From assembly GCA_030390025.1 (NCBI GenBank), contig CM059432.1, positions 14,696,001-14,760,000 of the forward strand: 64,000 nucleotides of DNA. Direction: 5' to 3'. Positions within the stretch are counted from its first letter, which is position 1. Each line of letters begins with the position of its first letter. The DNA is from Squalus acanthias. Its lineage: Eukaryota. The notes beneath the pieces are model-generated. The model had not been told where the DNA came from, searched no databases, and saw nothing but the letters and a program-made list of their open reading frames with translations. Below are positions 49,295-61,102 of this stretch, in pieces. The translations under genes were made by a program, and so were the position numbers.

Positions 49295-49865
49295 ATAGAA
49301 GCTAGTTAGGCCACAGCTGGAATACTGTGTGCAGTTCTGGTCGCCACACTATAGGAGGGATGTGATTGCATTGGAGAGGGTGCAGAGGAGATTCACCAGG
49401 ATGTTACCTGGGCTGGAGCGCTTCAGCTATGAAGAGAGACTGGACAGGCTGGGGTTGTTTTCCTTAGAGCAGAGAAGGCTGAGGGGGGACCTGATTGAGG
49501 TGTACAAAATTATGAGGGCACAGATAGGGTAGATAGAAAGGAACTTTTCCCCTTAGTAGAGGGGTCAATAACCAGGGGGCATAGTTTCAAGGTAAGGGGC
49601 AGGAGGTTTAGAGGGGATTTGAGGAAAAACTTTCTCACCCAGAGGGTGGTTGGAATCTGGAACTCAGTGCCTGAAAGGGTGGTAGAGGCAGGAACCCTCA
49701 CAACATTCAAGAAGCATTTAGATGAGCACTTGAAATGTCACAGCATACAAGGCTACGGACCAAGTGCTGGAAAATGGGATCAGAATAGACAGGGCTTGAT
49801 GGCCGGCGCGGACACGATGGGCCGAAGGGCCTCTTTCTGTGCTGTATAACTCTATGACTCTATGA
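49295..49865 (+). mobile_element. CR1 LINE 3' fragment (subfamily of 61103-64000)
   Basis: Peptide [28 protein letters not shown] and a CTCTATGA tail. Confidence 0.9.
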
Positions 49866-50499
49866 GAAGCCCATAGCAGTCATGCGTACAATAACTATCT
49901 TTTTTAACAGTACAACTGCCATCAGAACAACAACAACTTGTATTTATATAGCGCCTTTAACATAGTAAAACATCCCAAGGCGCTGCACAGGAGTATTTTA
50001 AGACAAAAAACAGCAAGGGTTAATGCCTGGAATCCTCACACACTATAGTCTTTAAATTCTTTCCATATAAAACATTAATTATTTAAACAAACAACTCTGT
50101 ACTATATAGAGCTGAAAATCAACTCCGCTTAACTGGGTACTGTTAAGTGTTTAAAATTGAGGTAAGCATATTCCAAAGCCTAATAATTACTATTCCGAAG
50201 ATAGGGCAGTTGCAAAGCAGCTTATCCACAGAAGAAACAACTAAAACTGCACTCCTTGTTTGATTCGTGTTGTAGATATTTGCTTCTTCAAATTTATTTG
50301 TGTGTTCACTAAGTTTGGTTAAGGGATGTCATTGCTGTGGAATGAAATTTTTCCACTTGTTTTTAACCCAGTATCAGCTTCAAGCACTCCCAGAGTAGGT
50401 ACAGCATGGATTAAATGCAAAATAAAGGCCCATCTACTGTGCTCCAACCGCAGGTACGAATTCCTTTGGTCAGAATGTGACTATATTTGTGAATATTTC

Positions 50500-50815
50500 A
50501 TTATAGAATCATAGAATAGTACAGCACAGGAGGTCATTCAGCCCATCGAGTCTGCGCCGGCTCTTTCGGAGAGCAATCCAGTTAGTCCCACTCCCCTGCT
50601 CTTTCCCCATATCCCGACAATGTTTTCCTCCTTCAAGTATTTCTCCAATTCCCTTTTGAAGGCTACTATTGAATCTGTTTCCACCACCCTATCAGGCAGT
50701 GCATTCCAAATCCTAACCACTCGTTGCGTGAAAACGTTTTTTCCTCATGTCGCCTTGGGTTCTTTTGCCCATCACCTTAAATCGATGCCCTCTCGGTATT
50801 CAGCCATCGGAAACA
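50500..50815 (-). mobile_element. CR1 LINE 3' fragment
   Basis: Peptide VRIWNALPDRVVETDS and an ATTCTATG tail on the minus strand. Confidence 0.85.
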
Positions 50816-51396
50816 ACTATGTTCTTTTAGAAAGTGGATATGATTCCATGAGAAATAGTGGACCGGAAATCTTCACAAATGCATTTACAATCTTACACAA
50901 GGCAATCACAGGTATTCTTTGCCCCATGCGGCTCAAACATAACCCGAAAAGCACCCCCTGCAGGATAATAATTCAATCCACAGCTCAGACTAAAGGGATG
51001 AAAGTATCCGCTCTCTGCCAGTTATAAGTGAACATGAATTTGCGACAGTCAGTTCCTAATGGGCACAAGCCCACTGAACAAAACTGCCCATAATCAGCGT
51101 TTAAATTGACAGCCTCACTTTGTGAAGTCGCAGAATGACTGGTGCGGGAAATGCAAATGTCACGCTCGCATAGTAGGGCATGCTGTTCAGAGATTGCCTA
51201 TTTGTTAGGACAAAGTGGAAGGAGCTTTAATCTGTCTCTGTTCTGTGTTCTACCTGACCTGAAAGTATTTGTTACTGGCAGCTGGTACCAAAAGTGGAAA
51301 AGAGTTCTCTATTCACCAACACTGACCCTTGATCAGCTAAAAAAAACCACAATGAAAGCCACATTCGGGTTTATATTGAGTGATTTAGTTACTTAC

Positions 51397-51473
51397 TTCC
51401 ACATAGTTTGCGTTAATGTAATCAGAATTTGAGTCTCCTTCCAACGGCTGCAGTCTGACCCGAGAATGATCAT
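51397..51473 (-). CDS. PTPRM: PTPRM-like coding exon (77 nt): (Y)DHSRVRLQPLEGDSNSDYINANYVE
   Basis: Minus strand tctttcag|AT GAT CAT TCT CGG ... TAT GTG GAA|gtaagt. The phase-1 junction with the previous exon completes TAT (Tyr). PTP motifs DxxRVxL and DYINA are present. Confidence 0.95.
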
Positions 51474-51659
51474 CTGAAAGAGAAAACAGTCAACGCTGAT
51501 CAATGAACAAATATCAAAAGAAGGAGAGAAGTCTAGAGTGCCTGCTTTTTGGCTCAAAATAAAAGGCGGAGGGGGCCCCGGCCTCAATTTTAACTCCAGG
51601 TGGATTCCCCGCTCAGGCCTGAGTTAAAATCGCCCCCTCCCAAATTTCAGACTGGCCTG

Positions 51660-54000
51660 ATCCTCACCACTACTCTTTGTCTCCTGTCACTTAGCCAATT
51701 CGGTATCCATGCTGCCGCTGTCCCTTTTATTCCATGGGCTTCAACTTTGCTGGCAAGCCTATTATGTGGCACTTTGTCGAACGCCTTTTGGAAATCCATG
51801 TACACCACGTCAACCGCATTGCCCTCATCAACCCTCTCTGTTGCCTCATCAAAGAACTCAATCAAGTTAGTTCAACACGATTTGTCTTCAACAAATCCGT
51901 GCTGGCTTTACTTAATTATTCCACACTTGTCCAAGTGACTGTTAATTTTGTCCCTGATTACTGTTTCTAAAAGCTTCCCCACTACCGAGGTCAAACTGAC
52001 TGGCCGGTAGTTGCTGGGTTTATCTTTACACCTTTTTTTGAACAATGGTGTAACATTTGCAATTCTTCAGTCCTCTGGCACCACCCCCATATCTAAGGAG
52101 GATTGGAAGATTATGGCCAGTACCTCCATAATTTCCTCCCTCAATTCCCACATTACAACAGTGACTCCACTTCAAAAATACTTAATTGGCTGTAAAATGC
52201 TTTGAGACGTCTGGTGGTCGTGAAAGGCGCTATATAAATGCAAGTCTTTCTTTTCTTTCAATTCTCTCAGCATCCTAGGATGCATCCCATCTGCTCCTGG
52301 TGATTCATCTACTTTAAGTACACCCAGCCTTTCGAAATACCTCCTCTTTATCAATTTTTATCCAATCAAGCATCTCCACTACCTCCTCCTTCACTATGTC
52401 TATGGCAGCATCCTCTCCCTTGGTGAAGACAGATGCAAAGTACTCGTTTAGTACCTCAGCCATACCCTCTGCCTCCATGCATAGGTCTCCTTTTTGGTCC
52501 CTAATCGGCCCCACTCCTCCTCTTACTACCCTTTTACTATTTACATGCTTATAGAAGACTTTTGGATTACCTTTTATGTTGGCTGCCATTCTAATCTCAT
52601 ACCCTCTCTTTGCCCCGTCTTATTTTCTTTTTCACTGCTCCTCTGACCTTTCTATATATCGCCTGATTCTCAGATGTATTTGCAACCTGACATCTGTCAT
52701 ATGCACTCTTTTTCTGCTTCATCATATTCTCTATCTCTTTCGTCATCCAGGGAGCCCTGACTTTAGTTGCCCCGCCTTTCCCCCTAGTGGGAATGTACCT
52801 CAACTGTACCTGAAATATTTCCTCTTTTAAGGCAGCCCATTGTTCCATTACAGTTTGGCCTGCCAATCTTTGATACCAGTTTACCCGGGCCAGATCTGTT
52901 CTCATCCCACTGAAATTGGCCTTCCCCTAGTTAAACATTTTTACTCTGGATTGCTCCCTGTCCTTTTCCATAGCTAATCTAAACCTTATGATACTATGAT
53001 CACTGTTCTCTAAATGTTCACCTACTGACACTTGCTCCACTTGACCTACCTCATTCCCCAGTACCAGATCCAGACGGGCCGGGAACATACTGATCAAGAA
53101 AGTTCTCCTGAACACACTTCAGAAATTCTTCCCCTTCTCTGACCTTAACACTATTACTATCCCAGTCTATATTAGGATAGTTGAAGTTCCCCATTATTAC
53201 TACTCTATAGTTCTTGCACCTCTCTGTAATTTCTCTGCAACTTTGCAGCTCCATATCTTTCCCACTATTTGGTGGTATACAGAATACACCTAGTAGTGTA
53301 ATGGCACCTCTATTATTTCTTAACTCTAACCATATAGATTCTGTCCTTGACCCCTCCAGGACATCCTCCCTCTCCAGCACTGTAACATTCTCCTTGACCA
53401 ATACTGCCACACCATCTTCTATCTTTCCTACCCTATCTTTCCTGAACACTTTATAACCAGGAATATTTAATACCCAATCCTGCCCTTTTTTGAGCCAGGT
53501 CTCAGTTATTGCCACAACATCATATTCCCATGTGGCTATTTGTGCCTGCAGCTCACTTACCTTGTTTACTACACTTTGTGCGTTCATATACATACACTGT
53601 AAACCCATCTTAGACCATCCTGTGTTCTCTCTTAGCTTGACCCCACCTAATACCTTACTATTTCTTACTTTAGTGCTCTCTGCCTCTCCCAATCCTTTGA
53701 GCACTTTATTTCCCTTTTCTCATGTTACATCCTGGTGCCCAACCCCCTGCCAAATTAGTTTAAACCCTCCCCAACAGCACTAGCAAACCTCCCCGTGAGG
53801 ATATTTGTTCTGGCCCTGTTGAGGTGCAACCCGTCCGGCCTGTACAGGTCCCACCTCCCCCAGAACCGGTCCCAATGCCCCAGGAATCTAAAGCCCTCCC
53901 TCTTGCATCATCTCTCCAGCCACGCATTCATCTGCGCTATCCTCCTATTTCTATACTCACTAGCGCGTGGCACCAGGACTAATCCAGAGATTACTGCCTT
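51660..54000 (-). mobile_element. CR1 LINE: ORF1 esterase end, endonuclease and part of RT; 3' end missing; DeuSINE tail inserted at about 52148-52258
   Basis: Motifs AITETWLK, GNFNYPNIDW and VYMDFQKAFDKVPH. The SINE tail is flanked by a TCAATTC duplication. Confidence 0.9.
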
Positions 54001-54194
54001 TGATATGGAGATCGGGCGGGAAAGCGGAGTTGAGGTCGAAGATGATCTAATTGAATGGTGGAGCAGGCTCGAGGGGCCCTATGGCCTACTCCTGCTCGGA
54101 ATTCTTATGTCCTTATACTGCAACATGCACCTGCTCCACAAATTCCATCTTTCCATTGCAGATGACTACTGGAGGGCTATGGCCAGAACAGCAC

Positions 54195-54910
54195 ATGGAA
54201 ACATAGAAACATTGAAAAATAGGAGCAGGAGTAGGCCATTCGGCCCTTCGAGCCTGCTCCGCCATTCAACATGATCATGGCTGATCCTCTATCTCAATAC
54301 CATATTCTCGCTCTCTCCCCATACCCCTTGACGTCTTTTGCGTCTAGAAATCTATCTATCTCCTTCTTAAATATATTCAGTGACTTGGCCTCCACAGCCT
54401 TCTGTGGTAGAGAATTCCACAGGTTCACCACCCTCTGAATGAAGAAATTTCTCCTCATCTCAGTCCTAAATGTCCTACCCCGTATCCTGAGACTGTGACC
54501 CCTCGTTCTAGAGACCCCAGCCAGGGAAAACATCCTCCCTGCATCCTGTCTGTCTAGCCCTGTCAGAATTTTAGACGTTTCAATGAGATTCCCTCTCATT
54601 CTTCTAAACTCTAGTGAATACAGGCCTAGTCGACCCAATCTCTCCTCATACGACAGCCCTGCCATCCCAGGAATCAGTTTGGTGAATCTTCGCTGCAAGT
54701 ATATCCTTTCTTAGGTAAGGAGACCAAAACTGCACTCCAGATGTGGTCTCACCAAGGCCCTGTATAACTGTAGTAAGACATCCTTGCTCCTGTACTCAAA
54801 TCCTCTTGCAATGAAGGCCAACATACCATTTGCCTTCCTAACTGCTTGCTGCACCTGCATGTTTGCTTTCAGTGACTGGTGTACAAGGACACCCAGGTCC
54901 CTTTGTACCT
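54195..54910 (-). mobile_element. CR1/HER1 LINE 3' fragment
   Basis: ORFs 54294..54698 and 54711..54938, with a HER1-type tail. Confidence 0.9.
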
Positions 54911-54911
54911 T

Positions 54912-55400
54912 CACCACACATTCTGGCCATGTCCCCACATCCAGTCATTCTGGATAAAAGTCCAGCAGATTACTAGGGACGTGCTTGGTCTCATTATCCC
55001 AGAGAACCCAGCTCAGTGCTTGTTTGGCCTGCCTAAGGAGAGACTAGCACAACAATCGTTAATAACTGCAAGAAGATGCAGCCCTCTTTGTGTCTGAATG
55101 CAGCCCCACCCGCGAGAAAGATGTGACTGGAATACATTTGGGACACCTACCAATCATAATGAATTACGTTTGGTCTCCACCTAGTACTGTGGAAATGCCA
55201 GGCAGCCTGGGGCCCAATCCTGAAGACCCACCCAACGCAAACTACCTCCTCGACGCAATAACCAACCACAGTGAATTGGCTGCCCATTATATGCCATGCT
55301 CGATTTCCCCTTCCACTGACGTCAATGGATGGGGAAATCGGGTGTGGTATAAAATGGGTGCCTATTTGATATCGCCCTTCTTACCCCATCGCCCAAAGTG
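54912..55400 (+). mobile_element. L1-clade LINE ORF2 C-terminal fragment
   Basis: HTFWPCPHIQSFWIKV...IPENPAQCLFG matches the H.FW.C....FW zinc-binding end of L1 ORF2. Confidence 0.7.
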
Positions 55401-55404
55401 AAAA

Positions 55405-56400
55405 TTGCCTCAACTATTCACAGTATTTATTAACGACTTAGATGATGGAATAGAAAGCCACATATCCAAATTTGCCGATGACACAAAGATAGGCAGCATT
55501 GTAAGCAGTGTAGATGAAAGCATAAAATTACAAAGGGATATTGATAGATTAAGTGAATGGGCAAAACTGTGGCAAATGGATTTCAATGTAGGCAAATATG
55601 AGGTCACCACTTTGGACCTAAAAAGGGATAGAACAGGGTACTTTCTAAATGGTGAAAAGCTAAAAACAGTGGAGGCCCAAAGAAACTTGGGAGTCCAGGT
55701 ACATAGATCAATAAAATGTCATGAACAGGTACAGAAAATAATCAAAAAGGCTAATGGAATGCTGGCCTTTATATCTAGAGGACTAGAATACAAGGGGGTA
55801 GAGGTTATGCTGCAGCTGTACAAAACCCTGGTTAGGCCACACCTGGAGTACTGTGAGCAGTTCTGGGTACCACACCTTAGGAAGGATATATTGGCCTTGG
55901 AGGGAGTGCAGCGTAGGTTTACCAGAATGATACCCGGACTTCAAGGGTTAATTTACGAGGAGAGATTACACAAATTAGGGTTGCATTCCCTAGAATTTAG
56001 AAGGTTAAGGGGTGATCTGATTGAAGTTTTCAAGATATTAAGGGGAACAGATAGGGTAGATAGAGAGAAACTATTTCCGCTGGTTGGGGAGTCTAGGACT
56101 AAGCGGGCATAGTCTAAAAATTAGAGCCAGTCCTTTCAGGAGTGAAATTAGGAATCACTTCCACACACAAAGAGTGGTAGAAGTTTGGAACTCTCTTCTA
56201 CAAACGGCAATTGATGCTAGATCAATTGTTAATTTTAAAATCGGAGATTGATAGCTTTTTGTCAACTAAAGGTATTAAGGGATATGGCCCAAAGGCGGGT
56301 ATATGGAGTTAGATTGCAGATCAGCCATGATCTCACTGAATGGCGGAGCAGGCTCGAGGGGCTGAATGGCCTACTCCTGTTCCTGCTCCTATGTTCCTAT
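55405..56400 (+). mobile_element. CR1 LINE 3' portion
   Basis: A 235-aa ORF with INDLD, FADDTKI and HLEYCEQFW, followed by the tail stem-loop. Confidence 0.92.
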
Positions 56401-56896
56401 CATTTTGTGGTCTCTGTCCCTCAGGAACGCTACCACTTCTATTTCTTATACATTTTCTGGTTCATTTATGAACACCAGGTCAAGATGAGAATTGCCTCGT
56501 GTGGCTTCCTTGACACAATGGGTCAAGAAACATTAATGTACTGCATCTACCAACTCTGACTCCAAGCTACTTGTATGTTTCCAGTTTATATTAGGTTGAT
56601 TGAAGTCTGCCATTAAAGTAATTTTCCTCTTTTTATATATCCTTCCAATCTCTTCAAAGAACAAACTGTCCTTCCTCCTTATTCTGACCAGATGGCCTAC
56701 AGCATAACCCTTGGATTTTTTTACATGAGAAATGTCCAACCAAAATAGTTCATTTTGTAGCTTTCTACCTCCCACAGGATCAACTTCATTTACCTCCCAG
56801 GTGCCCCCGACATACACTACATCCTTTTCTGTCCATTCTATCTTTTCTAAACACTCTTTACCCCCGAATACTATATTCATTTCCATCTTCAGCACT

Positions 56897-57185
56897 TGAT
56901 CTCAGCCGGGAAGGTGCCTGGGTGTTGGCTTCGATGCACCTGGGCTAGATCGAGGAGAATTCTGCCTGGGTTCATTCTCCTGATTACTAGCCAGTGACTC
57001 CTGCTGGCAAGGTGAGGGTGTGGACGTTGGATGAGAACAGAATCGGGCTTGACGTTGGTCAAATTGTCTGCCAGCCCTCACCGAAGAAGAAGAGCCAGTT
57101 GGTGAAGGTACCAGACATCTGCCAGCATCCACGGAGCTGTAACCCCCACCACCAAGAAAGGAGGAAAGGGAGGGGAAACAAAAGA
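56897..57185 (+). repeat. Old interspersed SINE-like repeat, with other diverged copies at about 11070-11280 and 21045-21285
   Basis: Shared blocks ATCTCAGCC/ATCTTAGCC, CCAGTGACTCCTGCTGG and GGAACTGTA occur in the same order across the loci. The family was not identified. Confidence 0.55.
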
Positions 57186-59424
57186 TTTGGGAATTGCTGA
57201 TTCCTGGCATTTTCATGCAGAACTATTAGGGACGCGGCAATATCATGAGTGTCTGCTATAAGCAGGGGACGTTATTGTTCCTGCACAAACTAGAATGCCA
57301 CTGAACGCTGCTGCAAAACTCTGAATTCCATTTGCATATAGACAACATTGCTAATAGGAAAATAAGCAATTTAAATTTGGGATTTCTGTCTGCATCTGAA
57401 ACAGAGAAGTGGAGTGAGGCTTCACTAACTAATTCACATGACAAATGCAGAAAGCACAAAGGGCGCTATCTTGCAATGACATGCGCCAACCTATATTATC
57501 ACAGCGATAGCCTTCAAAATTCTAAAAGCTCTTTATATCAGATGAAATAATGGTTATGCAATTGCATCAGTTGTCCTACCTTAGTCTCAGATTTAAACAA
57601 ATGTGCTTGATACCCTTGATACAAGGTATTGTATTGTTAGCTATTAAGTATGGAAGTGGAATGAACAATTGTAGGTGAAATTTAATCTGGAAAAGTGTAA
57701 AATATTGCACGTAGAAAGGGGAAATGGTCTGCACAAATACTCTGCAAATAGTGCTGTAATAATTAAACGTGTAGTTGAAAGTGATCTGGGGATCTTGGTT
57801 GCCACGATACTCATTGTGGAACTCATATTGGTCCTCATTGTGCCCAATTTCTGGGCGGAAAATGGGGTAAAAATGACCACTGTGGAGACAGGGCTACAAC
57901 ACTGAATTTTCCCAATTACATCATATGGCTTGAGAATGAATTCCGTTGCACACCTTCTCAATTTCAGTGATATTATTCACTCTCTTAAGCAGTCTGAGCA
58001 TCTTACTTTATGTGAGTTGACTCACACTGCCAACAATCTACTTGTATGATAGCATAACCCAGGGCTGTAACAATAGCATGCCTTTGTGAACTGGACGGGA
58101 TATTTGTGACTTTAGCACATGTATTTCTTCAATCTCTCTCTGTAGGATGATTGAGTTATCAGTAGGTGAGAATGAGTCATTAAGCTGCTTTATTACACAG
58201 TAAGATGAATGTGCAAAGTAACAGTTGTGATCATATTCAATTGATTAAATCATTAAAACGTATCTGCACATAATGATACAAAAGAAAGAACATGTCACAT
58301 TTCCCCACATCAGTGGGTTGTCTTACTAACAGATTTAGAATACCTCCTCTGCATTTTGTCCTGCAGTCTAGGGGAGAACTTCCTCTTCCTGCAGACTCTA
58401 AGCTTGCCTATTGCAGCCTGACTGCCTGTGTAGCATCCTGTTACTCACAATGCCTCTCTCTTCCTCCCTCCGTTTTTTACCTCTCTCTTCACAGACAGAG
58501 ATCAAAGGGTTTTCAACACAATAGCTTGTAAATGAATCCCAATGAATCGATCTCATCAGGATCAGCTCTGTTGAGTCCCCTCTCTTCATTACCGGCCCTG
58601 TAGAGTACCAGTCTTGTCAAGCTCTCTCTCGTCAGTACCAGTCCTCTATGGTATATACATGAGATAAATACATAATTTTCATTTGCATGGCATGTGTAGG
58701 TAACAAAAGCATTGATAAGAGTGTCACTGGTGGTGGGAGTGAGATAAGGGCGGAATTAGGCAAAAATAAACACTCAAAACCTTGTCACGGAGTTAGCTGG
58801 ATTGGGAACTGAAGCGATAAGTGTGCATTTCGTTCAGTGCCGTCAGCGTGATAAACCAATTATTCAAGGTCCAGAATCCACACCAGTTCCTTGCAGGTGG
58901 GTCATTCTCTGGAATTCGACAAGATGCTGCACGATGGGTGATGGCCGTGGATGGACGGTGGTTAGTTGTCACTGGTCCACAGGAAGACGGGGGTGGGGCG
59001 GAAATAATTATAGAACCAATAATTGTTCTCTTTTAATAGGACCCTTCCACTTGCTGTATTGAAGCTAGGACAACTCTGCTTCGGAATAACATCACCACCC
59101 ACCCCCCACCCCCGCTTTCTTTTTCTGTAAAGAAGAAGAAGCTGCTCTGGGTCCCAGCTCAGTTGGCATCTCACAGCTGGGTGGCAATGAATGTAGGGCC
59201 AGAGGCAAATGCAGCAATAACAGATACTGAGCTGTAAATACCCCCCAGACATCTATAGAAAGTACCAATGCAACGGACAAGAGAAGAATTATTAAAAAAG
59301 CTTACAAAAGCAGTAAGTGAGGAGCAACTCAAACTAAGATCAGTCAGCAATGCCACAGCCACGTATAAAATAATGCAGCCTTTAATTAGAGTTGGGATCA
59401 CCTTCCAAGAGGAGCAGTACTCAC

Positions 59425-59512
59425 AAGCAATGATATTCCCATATCTATTCTTCATTCTGTTTTCATCTTTCTTGGCAGAATCCCATGGAGCAGACTGTCC
59501 TTCATAAAAACT
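59425..59512 (-). CDS. PTPRM: PTPRM-like coding exon (88 nt), start of D1 phosphatase domain: [29 protein letters not shown]
   Basis: Minus strand reads ttccag|AGT TTT TAT GAA ... ATT GCT T|gtgagt. It contains the KNRY motif. The peptide matches recalled vertebrate PTPRM ([29 protein letters not shown]) better than PTPRK or PTPRT. Confidence 0.95.
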
Positions 59513-59784
59513 CTGGAACAGACAAATGAACTGAATGTTATAATTAGTGACAGTATTCACAAAGGACGTGTGATTATAAGAGGCACTGGGGAGAGAAGTA
59601 AATAGATAGGCAACAATAATAGTACCGTGCTCCAATAGTGCATGGACAGCATTGTGCATACAAAGGAATTACAAAAACAAAGTCAACTTCTTGTCAAGCA
59701 AGAGCGAATCTGTTAACTCCCTCCTCTCTGCTGGAATCACCCTCCTTAGTGACTTTCGTTTTCATTATGATGGCAATTTAACTT

Positions 59785-60160
59785 ACAGAATCACAGAATA
59801 GTACAGCACAGAAAGAGGCCATTCGACCCATCGAGTCTGCGCCCACTCTTTTGAAGAGCAATCCAGTTAGTCCCACTCCCCCGCTCTTTCCCCATATCCC
59901 TGCAATTTTTTCTCCTTCAAGTATTTATCCAATTCCCTTTTGAAAGCTTCTATTGACTCTGCATCCACCACCGTCAGGCACTGCATTCCAAATCACAACC
60001 ACTCGCCGCGTAAAAAAGTTTTTCCTCATGTCGCCTCTGGTTCTTTTGTCAATCACCTTAAATCTGTGCCCTCTGGTTATCGACCCTTCAGCCATTGGAA
60101 ACAGTTTCTCTTTTGTTACTCTATCTAAACCCTTCATGATTTTAAACGCCTCTGTCAAAA
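59785..60160 (-). mobile_element. CR1 LINE 3' fragment
   Basis: Peptide EAFKIMKGLDRVTKEKLFPMAEGSITRGHRFKV. Confidence 0.88.
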
Positions 60161-60174
60161 CTTCTGTTCTATTA

Positions 60175-60602
60175 TAGAAACATAGAAACATAGAATCTAG
60201 GAGCAGGAGTAGGCCATTCGGCCCGTCGAGCCTGCTCCGCCATTCAATACGATCATGGCTGATCATCCAAATCCAGTACCCTGTCCCTGCTTTAATCCCC
60301 ACAGTACACATATCCCACCCTACCCCCGTAACCCACGTATTTAATTCCCCCTAACATATCCCATCCCCATAACCCCACATATTTAATCCCCCCTAACACT
60401 AAGGGTCAATTTATCATAGCCAAATCAACCTAACCCACACATTTTTGGACTGTGGGAGGAAACCGGAGCACCCGGAGGAAACCCACGCAGACACGGGGAG
60501 AATGTGCAAACTCCACACAGACAGTCACCTGAGGTCAGATTCGAACCCGGATCTCTGGCGCTGTGAGGCACCAGTGCTAACCACTATGCCACCGTGTTGC
60601 CC
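60175..60602 (-). mobile_element. HE1-type V-SINE, full length
   Basis: Reverse complement of 41700-42150, with high similarity and a TTCTATGT tail. Confidence 0.92.
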
Positions 60603-61102
60603 TTATGGTTACGTATTCTTTGAATCTAATGCAGTTGTATTATGGGGCCGATTTTACAACTCTGTGCTGCTGGTGAGGAGACTGCCCTTGTTGCTCATGA
60701 TTTTCTGCCCAGCCATTTTAATGGAAGGAACATCATGGGCAGTATGCCTGTGACTTCTTATACAGGCCGCCAGTGAGTGATGTTCCCTGCCGTTAGTACA
60801 GATTCGGACAACTGTGTGGGGGTAATTTTAACTTTGTGGGTGATAGTGTAAAATGGGCAATATTGAAATCGCCGCCAATGGAAAGGAAAATTGGGTGTTT
60901 TTTTAGTTATTCATTCACGGGATGTGGGCGTCCCTGGCAAGGCCGGCATTCATCTACTTGAACCGCTGCAGTCCGTGTGGTGAAAGTACTCCCACAGCGC
61001 TGACTTTGTCGGAATGGTTTGTTACAACTGAGTGGCTTGCTAGGCTATTTCAGAGGGCAGTTAAGAATCAATCACATTTCTGTGGATCTGGAGTCACATA
61101 CA

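Noticed and set aside
47545..51396. Optional micro-exon like the 18-nt one known in PTPRK/PTPRU at this intron position
   Set aside because: No convincing AG-18 nt-GT candidate was seen by eye. A 21-nt candidate near 47710-47730 has a weak donor and no similarity.
50500..54000. One CR1 element spanning 50500-54000 that captured an exon
   Set aside because: The intervening sequence holds the native PTPRM exon in correct order and phase with unique flanks. These are two separate insertions.
51660..54117. Twin-priming inversion: minus-strand CR1 body abutting a plus-strand CR1 tail at 54002-54117
   Set aside because: The body matches the subfamily of 15289-16437, which has a different 3' tail, so two independent insertions are more likely.
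59171..59659. 162-aa and 105-aa (21238..21555) ORFs as stand-alone genes
   Set aside because: Only the central parts are PTP-like and these are bounded by splice sites. The remainder is intron read-through.
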